Program-made: the position numbers and the translations under genes
Notes under the pieces: generated by a model
Database searches by the model: none
Told to the model about the DNA's origin: nothing
Seen by the model: only the letters and a program-made list of their open reading frames with translations
Assembly (NCBI GenBank): GCA_035295165.1
Contig: DATGJN010000033.1
Span: forward strand, 27,959 to 91,958
DNA: 64,000 bases
Direction: 5' to 3'
DNA from: a bacterium
Lineage (GTDB): Bacteria; Sysuimicrobiota; Sysuimicrobiia; Sysuimicrobiales; Segetimicrobiaceae
Part shown: one piece after another, positions 57,111 to 64,000 of the stretch
Position numbering within the stretch: the stretch's first letter is position 1
Layout of the letters: each line of letters opens with the position of its first letter

Positions 57111-57706
57111 CATCTCAGGCGTTTCTTCCTAAATCTTTGCGGTATTCGTGGCTGCGCTGTATTCGTTGCGGTGGTCTTCCCGTGCGCAACGGTTGGGCAA
57201 GCCCCACGTCAAAGGCCAGACTGGGCGCGGTCATCGGCGCTGCGTTCACCCACGCGCCCGGCCGGGCCGCGCGGGTGACCCGGCCGTAGCGTTCGAGGAG
57301 GGTCCAGGACGCCCATGATGACGCAAGCACACCAGCCCCGGTGAGTAGATCCCGTACGTTGTGGAAGCGGCCAGCGCCCGCACCTGGAATCGGTATGCCG
57401 TGGCAGGAGGCGGGGAGTATCTGGACCGGTGTTTACGGCAGCGGTTTTGGCGGTACGGCTGCCCGAGTTCATCGAGATCGCCATGGCTCGGGCCGCAGGC
57501 GACAGGACCTGAGCGCGTCGCGCGACAACCCACGTTCACGCAGGAGGCCAAGAGACCCCTCAAAACGTGCACGCTTCGACACACCATTCAACGATAAGTC
57601 GCGCTAAGCGGGGGATCGAAGGGCTGCGGCATGGCGCGTCGCTCTTTCCAGCCAAGTGCCGGCGCAAGGTCCGGCAGTGTTCGTTGCCTGCGTTGGAGAT
57701 TCGACC

Positions 57707-58855
57707 CTACGATATGGTCTTCGCCGACGAGCGTGGTCGCCGCTTCATCTCATACAGTCGGTGGTCAGCCGTTTGAAGCAGCTGGTCTGCAATATCGCCG
57801 TCCTCTGGCCACGATGCGATTCCCCAGCTGAACTGAACGTCGAGATGCCCGCCATGATCGACGTCCGTTGGAGCCAGGTCGAACGTCGCGAGGCGACTCA
57901 GCATGACCGTCGCCTTGACGGGCGTGGTGTTGCAGAGCAACAACACGAACTCATCGCCACCGTAGCGCGCGGCCACGTCCGTCTGCCGAAGATAGCCGCG
58001 CAGAATGTCGCCGACACTCGACAACACTTGATCCCCAATCGCGTGGCCATAGGCGTCGTTAATGGCCTTGAATCCGTCGAGATCTATGCTCACTACGCAA
58101 AGGGGGCTGTTCGACCGAGCCGAACGCTGGAGTTCGCTGTGCAGCCGATCCAGCAGCCCCCGCCGGTTTGCCAGGCCGGTCAACGCATCGGTCGTTGCCG
58201 CCTCCTGGGCACGCACGCGTTCTTCCATTTCCTGCTGCAACGCTCGACGCGCCTCTTCGGACGTGGCAACAGACCGCCGGTGGCTGTTACAGAGGAGTGT
58301 TGTGAATATCGCGGTAGCAAGAACTGGGAGGCCGTGGGCGAGCACCGCGACGTCATTACGGCCGTACACGTACACCCAGTTGGGTGCCACGTAGTTCAGA
58401 ATCCCATGATGGAGAGCCGTCAGCACAAGCACGAACCATCCCAACCGCCAATCGGAATAGACCGTGACCAACGCCATTACCATGAAGAAATGGAAGTGCA
58501 TCTCGATGGATCCTCCGCTCATGAACACAAACAAGTACGAATATACGGTGAGAGCAGCGTTCATGATGAGCCGCCACGCATAGTGGTTGCGAAGCCTATC
58601 CCAGACGACCGTGGGAACCGCGGCTGCGAGAAACCCGATCATTGACGCCGTCAAGGCTTCAGTGGAACTGAGGATGCGCCAGGAGAACGGTGAGGGCAGC
58701 CAAGCGCTGAGCCTGAGATACGAGTTGGTGAACGCCATCAGGACTGTGAATCCGAAGTGCCACCACAGAATCTTGATCATGAACAGATCGATGGTGCGAT
58801 AGTTCATCGCCCGAGCGTAGCTGCGATTAATGTCGGAGGTCAAGTCTAGGGTCAT
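57707..58855 (-). CDS. Membrane-anchored GGDEF diguanylate cyclase (multi-TM sensor N-terminus)
   Basis: ATG at 58855 with AGGAG 7 nt upstream; about 6 predicted TM helices then GGDEF domain (RYGGDEF). Confidence 0.75.
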   Translation of the reverse strand: MTLDLTSDINRSYARAMNYRTIDLFMIKILWWHFGFTVLMAFTNSYLRLSAWLPSPFSWRILSSTEALTASMIGFLAAAVPTVVWDRLRNHYAWRLIMNAALTVYSYLFVFMSGGSIEMHFHFFMVMALVTVYSDWRLGWFVLVLTALHHGILNYVAPNWVYVYGRNDVAVLAHGLPVLATAIFTTLLCNSHRRSVATSEEARRALQQEMEERVRAQEAATTDALTGLANRRGLLDRLHSELQRSARSNSPLCVVSIDLDGFKAINDAYGHAIGDQVLSSVGDILRGYLRQTDVAARYGGDEFVLLLCNTTPVKATVMLSRLATFDLAPTDVDHGGHLDVQFSWGIASWPEDGDIADQLLQTADHRLYEMKRRPRSSAKTIS

Positions 58856-59799
58856 ACAAATCTCCTGCTGGAGACCCGAGCTCCGCTGCAAAGGCGCGTG
58901 CCGGTACGAGCCGCGCGCACCCCGTTTCGGTTGGACTCCGCCCGTGGCCCTTTTGCGCCCTAAAGCTACCAGCGATAGACGATATTGCTTTCGCCCCACG
59001 CGCAAGCCGCGTGCCTACAGTAGACTTTGCAACCCCCGGTCCCGCCAAGCCGGCAGGTGCTTTGACGTGACCGCGAGTCGCATCGGTGTGCGCTCTGACG
59101 CGAGCTTCTTGCCGGACGGCCAAACCGAGCTCCGGCGCGGCGATCGGCTCGCGGTCTTTGCTGCCCGCGCGCGAGGCCGCGGACCTCGATAGGCTCACTG
59201 CCGCGTTGGCGGGGGCGTCCGGCCGGGCCACAGAGCGCCACGCCGCAGGATCGCCACGCGAGCTGTCGGCCAACGAGGCGCCCCCTCGGCGTTGGTGGCC
59301 GGGGCCGTGGTGGTCAATCCGGATGTCGCACTCGGGTCAGGGGTAGCCGGGCGGCGGTTGCGCGACGCGCGCCTCGGGGCGGGGGTCCTCGTGACGGCCG
59401 TTCGCCGAGGTGAGTCCGTGTTTGTGCCGCGGGCGATGATTATTTCCTCGCCGGCGGCCGCGTCGTCATGGTCGTGAGGTCGGACCGGGCGAGAGACGTG
59501 CTTGAGTGGTTCCGCTGAGCCGGCGCCGTGTCGACGACGCTGGCGGGACGGGTGTTCGCGCGCGCGCGCACGGGGAAAAGCAGGAAGACGACCTGACGTG
59601 CGGACTTACGCCTCGCGTTTAATTTCCGTGCGTGGCAAACACCCCATCCCGAGCCGCGTCTTTCCCGTGGACACCCGGCATCAGCGGGGTGTGTTTGGCT
59701 TGCCGCTCGCGACTCGGACGTCTCGTACAGGTCGGGCGTCGTGCTGTCGGCGCGAGATCCCCAGGCAGCTCACGCACAGCGCGCGTGTCGCCTCGGGTA

Positions 59800-60663
59800 T
59801 TAGGGCGCGTCTGGCTTGTGGCCGAACATCGGTTCCAACAATCGGGTGAATTCCATTGGAAAGATGAATTTAGCCGCCGGACTGGCTCCGAGCGACCTGA
59901 GGGTGTCGAGGTATTGCAGTCCCATCGTGTTGGCATCTACGGTGTGAGCGACCGTGAAGATTTTGTCGAGCGCCAACGAGAACCCCTCGGCTCGGAGAAT
60001 CGCCGCCTGCCGTTCGCCCTCCGCCCGCAAGATCGCCGCCTGCTTCTCACCTTCAGCAATTGTGATGGCCGCCTGCTTGGTCCCGTCGGCCTCGGTCACG
60101 AGCGCGCGGCGAGTTCGCTCAGCCGACATCTGGCGGGTCATCGCGTCTTGGACGTCTTTGGGCGGAGTGACCTCGCGGATCTCCACCGTCGTGACCTTCA
60201 CTCCCCACCGCTCGGTCACGTCGTCTAGTTTCGCCCGCATCTCCTGGTTGATTTGGTCCCGCTTGGCGAGGACGTCGTCGAGGCTGAGGTTGCCGATCAC
60301 GGCCCGGAGTCCTGTCGTGGCGATTCCTTGGGCAGCGCCCGCGAAGTTGCCGACCTGGATGACCGTCAGCGCCGCATCAAACACCTTCCAGTAGATTAGA
60401 AAATCGATGGATATGGGGGCGTTATCGCGCGTGATGCATGTTTGTGCGGGGATCTCGAGGAAGGCCTCCCGCAAGTCAACGAGGACCGCCCGGTCGGTGA
60501 TGGGAAAGAGAAACACTACACCCGGACCCTTCTGACCTAGGCTCCGCCCCAGACGGAATACGACATACCGCTGATACTCTCGAGCGATCTTGATCGAAGC
60601 GCGCAGCACGAGGACGACGATCACGGCGACCGCAACGAGAATCCCGAGGCCTGTGTGTATCAA
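59800..60663 (-). CDS. SPFH/band-7 (stomatin/prohibitin-like) membrane protein
   Basis: TTG start with GGGGG upstream; N-terminal TM (GLGILVAVAVIVVLVL) then SPFH domain and A/E/Q-rich coiled-coil tail. Confidence 0.8.
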   Translation of the reverse strand: MIHTGLGILVAVAVIVVLVLRASIKIAREYQRYVVFRLGRSLGQKGPGVVFLFPITDRAVLVDLREAFLEIPAQTCITRDNAPISIDFLIYWKVFDAALTVIQVGNFAGAAQGIATTGLRAVIGNLSLDDVLAKRDQINQEMRAKLDDVTERWGVKVTTVEIREVTPPKDVQDAMTRQMSAERTRRALVTEADGTKQAAITIAEGEKQAAILRAEGERQAAILRAEGFSLALDKIFTVAHTVDANTMGLQYLDTLRSLGASPAAKFIFPMEFTRLLEPMFGHKPDAP

Positions 60664-61114
60664 CGTAAGCCCCCTTTTGCCAGCGCCTCACCGAGCCTCA
60701 TGCGAACTGGGCACAGTCCCCTTCAAAGCCTAGCAACGCCGACGTGCCGGAGTTTGATCCGTTGGACCGCGCAGTTCAGCGTAAGCATGACAGCACTTTA
60801 ACGCCTACGCAAGGCTTCTCCCGGCCGCTTCAGCGGCCAATGAGGGAACGCGGGTCCTCTCGAAGCAAGGGCCACCGAACCTGCGGGCGCCGTCCGGCTC
60901 GCGCCGCGACCGGGAAACGGAGCTGGCGTCGCGTTGACTGTGTCCAAACTCGAACTCCTCAACAACCTCGGCGGCTTTGCCGACGGTGGCCGAGAGTATC
61001 TGACCGTTCTCGGAGAAGACCTGCGCACGCCCGTGTGAGACACCGATGCTCGTCTGCGCCGTCGGGGTACGCTCGGTAACGCCCTTCAAGGCAGGCCACC
61101 CGCGGTCGGGCTCG

Positions 61115-61414
61115 TCACCGACTCGATACGAGGGCATCCTCGGCGTGCACGCTTTCCGCGTCTTGATCATCAGTCGCTGGGGCTTCCCTCAGTTCCGTCC
61201 CCTTCTTCGACGCCACGCCCGCTCGTCCAGTGTTCACGTGCAATCGTCCCAGCGCAAGCTCTTCCATCGCAACGAGCACAGGATTGCGCGTGTTCGTCTC
61301 GACCGCAGGAAGGTCTCCCCTAATCAGCTGCTCGGCCCGAGCGGCCAAGGCATTCACCATCGCGAACCGTGGGCTGATTTTCACAAGAAGTTCCTCAATA
61401 GGACGCTGGCGCAT
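61115..61414 (-). CDS. rpoZ: DNA-directed RNA polymerase subunit omega
   Basis: ATG at 61414 with GGAGGG 7 nt upstream; IEELLVKISPRFAMVNALAARAEQL…PVLVAMEELALG matches the RpoZ core (compare E. coli [21 protein letters not shown]…TVIALREIEEG). Confidence 0.65.
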   Translation of the reverse strand: MRQRPIEELLVKISPRFAMVNALAARAEQLIRGDLPAVETNTRNPVLVAMEELALGRLHVNTGRAGVASKKGTELREAPATDDQDAESVHAEDALVSSR

Positions 61415-61661
61415 ACTCTTCCCTCCGCGAAGTTGGTGAGAGCCGTCGTGTGTCCATCTGTTAAGCGCCGTGATGAAGAGACGTGCGGTGCGGCCAACGC
61501 GGGTGAGACCGCTCACCTGTCACGCTTGGGTCCGAGCAAGGAGAGAATGCTCGACCGTTGACCCCTGAGCGGGACATAGGACTTGGATCTTTACCCGTCT
61601 CGATCCGGCGTCCCGGAGAAGATCAACCTGAACGCCCCGTCGCAGCGACAGCACGGCACGT

Positions 61662-62471
61662 TTATGAAACCAAAGGGTACCGTTTCCGCAGCGTGTACGT
61701 CTGCGCCCGATCCCGTACTTGCTGATCGATCTGAAGACTCGGATAGTCAAGGCGCGCGCGAGTTGCGCTCGCGGTGATACGGCCTTCCGAAATCCCCCAA
61801 CACGTTCGAAGCGTGCGACTCACAGCGGACAATACTCCAACGGTTCCGTTGAGTACCAGGCGCCCCCTGCGCGAAAACGCGGTCCCAGGCCAGTTGCCGT
61901 CAAGATAGCCGCAGAGAAACGGCACAGCGAACTGGTTCGGGAGGTCGTTCAACAATGCCGGGTCGTCGCCATAGGTAATCGACGGAACGCCCCACGGGAG
62001 CAGCGCCTTACACAGCATCGGCTCCCGAACGTACACTTGCCAGCCTAGGAGGCTGCTTTCGCAGTACTCTGGGCGCAGGCGGGATTCGGCCATATCGTCC
62101 ATGAGCCTCGCCACGTGGCTTTCGGCACGATCGCCCAACGTAACAACGAGCGCCATGGACGAACCCTGTCCGGAAATCCACCCTGCGGCCGTGAGGAAAC
62201 CCACCCAGTAGAGCTGCACATCCGCGTGGGTGTGCCCGGGGGCCGCCACCTGGGTATTGAGAAGGCTCACCGGATCGGTGACCCGCCCGTGGGTCGCCGG
62301 TGCCAGTGCGCGGGTGACGTCCACCAGGGGAAGTTCGTAGAATTCGGCGATCGCCGTTGGGGCCAAGCCGCGACGCGCGGCCGCTCGAATGGCCATGATC
62401 TCAGCGCGTTTCTCCGGGGCCAATTCCCGCACGCGGAGTGTCATACGAGTCCAGGGACGGCGTTGACCCAA
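61662..62471 (-). CDS. LAGLIDADG-like double-motif protein with N-terminal HTH-like segment
   Basis: Two LAGLIDADG-like motifs about 100 aa apart (LYWVGFLTAAGWISGQG; AVPFLCGYLDGNWPG); start uncertain (TTG/ATG candidates). Confidence 0.45.
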   Translation of the reverse strand: MGQRRPWTRMTLRVRELAPEKRAEIMAIRAAARRGLAPTAIAEFYELPLVDVTRALAPATHGRVTDPVSLLNTQVAAPGHTHADVQLYWVGFLTAAGWISGQGSSMALVVTLGDRAESHVARLMDDMAESRLRPEYCESSLLGWQVYVREPMLCKALLPWGVPSITYGDDPALLNDLPNQFAVPFLCGYLDGNWPGTAFSRRGRLVLNGTVGVLSAVSRTLRTCWGISEGRITASATRARLDYPSLQIDQQVRDRAQTYTLRKRYPLVS

Positions 62472-62700
62472 GCACTATCGCCCGGCGCCCTGACCAATGC
62501 GACGTCGTCTGTCACGACCGCGGAATCGATGCGAACGAACATGCTCGGCACCCACGAAGTGTGGCCTGTGGTCCCATCTTCATCCTCTGGGAACCGGCCA
62601 CGGGCGGAAAAGCCGAGGGGCAGGGCCGCCGTCGATAGGAAGGTGAAGTAGCATAAGTATACCGCAGAACGGCCCCGATAGCCAATCGACCCGGTGATTC

Positions 62701-64000
62701 GGTAGTGTCAAGTCTTTTGTGTAAATTCCCGTGAGGGAGAGCGTCTCGCCTGGCGTCTGTTCGTAGCCTGGAAGATCGCATAAACAATGCGCTCGCAACT
62801 GGCGACGTTGGTGAAGCACGTCATCGGACGCGTGCGGCGGCGGACCTCTCGGAACACCCGCTCAATCGCGTTAGTCGTGCGGACTCGGCGCCAGTCCGCC
62901 TCGGCGACGGTATAGAAGGCCAGCAGCGCGTCGCTCTCCCGAGTGAGGCACGCCACCGCGGTGGGCGCGGTGCGTTGCCAGGCGGCCACCCACGCGCGCA
63001 GCCGGCGCTCGGCCACGTGCGCGGTCGGCGCCAGGTAGATCTGCCGGGCCATGCGCAGGCACGCCTCCCGATCCTTGGCGCGCAGCCGGGTGGCGACGTT
63101 GCGCAGGACGTGGACCCAGCAGGCTTGACGTGGGACCTGCGAGTAGACGAGATCGAGCGCCGCATGGAGCCCGCGGTGCCCGTCGGTGGTGATCAGCTGC
63201 AGGGTATTCCCGACCAGCCCGCGGCAGGCGAGCGTGGTAAGGAACGCCTCCCACGTCGCCTGCGTCTCGTAGCGGACGACCCGGAAATCGATCAGCTCCC
63301 GCTGTCCGGTGGAGCGGATACCGTACGCGACGAGAATCAAGCGGCGTTTGGTCTGCGCGACGCTCTTGACCCGCAGGCTGACCGCATCTAAGAAGAGGTA
63401 CTGGTACGCATCGGGGAGGCGGCGATGGTGGAAGGCCGCCACCGCGTGGTCCAGCGTCTGGGTGATGGTCGACACGGTGGTGGGGCTGACCAGATCGTCC
63501 AGGAGCTGCGCGAGCAGGGGACCGACTTGCCGGGTAGAGACGCCGCTCAGGAAGGCGGCCCGGACGAGGGTGTTGACGTCGCGGGTACGCCGCTGGTAGC
63601 GGCTGAGGACGGACGGCTGGAACCCGCTGTGCCGAGCCCGGGGCACGTGGAGATCCGGAATCGTACCCCAGGTGGTGACCAAGCGCCGGCGATAGACACC
63701 GTTCCGGTAGCCACAGCGACGCAGGTCGCGCACATAGCGGCGGGCATTCAGGTGGTTGATCAGTTCATCGTGCATCCGATTCTCAAGCAAGAGCTTGACC
63801 GTCCGAAGCGTCGCCTGGGACACGTCTCCCCACACGGTCGCTTCGTCCTTGACCTCCTTCCACAGATCGGCTACTGTGAGATCGGTCAGTGCTGTCACAC
63901 TGGCCACGGGCGTATCCCTCCTTTGTGGTTATTGTCCAGGTCGGGGGTACGCCCTCCCTTTTTGGGCTCCTGCTTTTACACACAACACCGTACACTACCC
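62701..64000 (-). mobile_element. IS256-family insertion sequence (about 1.3 kb) with imperfect terminal inverted repeats; right end coincides with window end
   Basis: Left terminus GGTAGTGTCAAGTCTTTTGTGTAAA (62701-) versus reverse complement of right terminus GGTAGTGTACGGTGTTGTGTGTAAA (-64000); single transposase ORF. Confidence 0.7.
62708..63907 (-). CDS. IS256-family (Mutator-type) transposase
   Basis: 399 aa; conserved IS256 transposase blocks (…LFLDAVSLRVK…, …QLITTDGHRGL…, CWVHVLRNV, TTNAIERVFREVRRR). Confidence 0.85.
   Translation of the reverse strand: MASVTALTDLTVADLWKEVKDEATVWGDVSQATLRTVKLLLENRMHDELINHLNARRYVRDLRRCGYRNGVYRRRLVTTWGTIPDLHVPRARHSGFQPSVLSRYQRRTRDVNTLVRAAFLSGVSTRQVGPLLAQLLDDLVSPTTVSTITQTLDHAVAAFHHRRLPDAYQYLFLDAVSLRVKSVAQTKRRLILVAYGIRSTGQRELIDFRVVRYETQATWEAFLTTLACRGLVGNTLQLITTDGHRGLHAALDLVYSQVPRQACWVHVLRNVATRLRAKDREACLRMARQIYLAPTAHVAERRLRAWVAAWQRTAPTAVACLTRESDALLAFYTVAEADWRRVRTTNAIERVFREVRRRTRPMTCFTNVASCERIVYAIFQATNRRQARRSPSREFTQKT

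Noticed and set aside
59632-60228. 198-aa plus-strand ORF
   Set aside because: Antisense to the SPFH-domain gene.

Overview
This is a high-GC bacterial chromosomal window with three parts.

- **Left, 1–16.9 kb (visibly very GC-rich core genes):**
  - A partial LemA gene.
  - A DtxR/IdeR-type metal-dependent repressor with an iron-box-like operator in its divergent promoter.
  - A DUF4149 membrane protein, lipB, and an AstE/AspA-family deacylase.
  - A TolB-like beta-propeller protein and an M23 peptidase.
  - A hydrolase, a VOC protein and a GMC oxidoreductase.
  - A sulfur-carrier cysteine-biosynthesis operon: CysO-like ThiS/MoaD carrier ending GG-SS, a ParB/Srx-fold protein, a CysM-like cysteine synthase, a Mec-type JAMM protease and an Rrf2 regulator.
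  - A SigR/SigH-like ECF sigma factor with a zinc-finger anti-sigma factor, behind a GGAAT-N18-GTT promoter.
  - Ppx/GppA, then an initiator tRNA-fMet with a near-consensus promoter.

- **Middle, about 16.96–41.4 kb (integrated mosaic island):** A roughly 24.4 kb island is inserted at the 3' end of tRNA-fMet. It is bounded by a 20-bp direct repeat with one mismatch (16957–16976 and 41387–41406). A large serine recombinase gene overlaps the tRNA 3' end. The cargo is:
  - A ParB-like nuclease, a Prim-Pol replication protein and an Xis-like HTH protein.
  - A membrane protein plus a Schlafen-like AlbA_2 protein.
  - A LigD-like ligase pseudogene.
  - A PAS-GAF-HD-GYP and PAS-GGDEF c-di-GMP gene pair, bracketed by paralogous gene fragments.
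  - A Panacea (DUF4065) antitoxin-like gene with a candidate toxin.
  - A resolvase/invertase-type serine recombinase.
  - Secreted and low-complexity proteins and an SDH/ClpP-like protease.

- **Right, 41.4–64 kb:**
  - An AT-richer stretch immediately after the island.
  - Two peptide-type ABC importer gene sets (substrate-binding protein plus two permeases each, no ATPase gene), flanking a GntR regulator; one carries an amidohydrolase and the other a second AstE/AspA deacylase.
  - A 1063-aa BNR-repeat protein.
  - A decayed serine-recombinase gene remnant.
  - A membrane GGDEF protein and an SPFH protein.
  - rpoZ and a LAGLIDADG-like protein.
  - An IS256-family insertion sequence ending at the window edge.

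No CRISPR array or rRNA was seen. Coordinates were derived by hand from the ORF track and sequence, so expect an error of 1–3 nt on non-ORF features.
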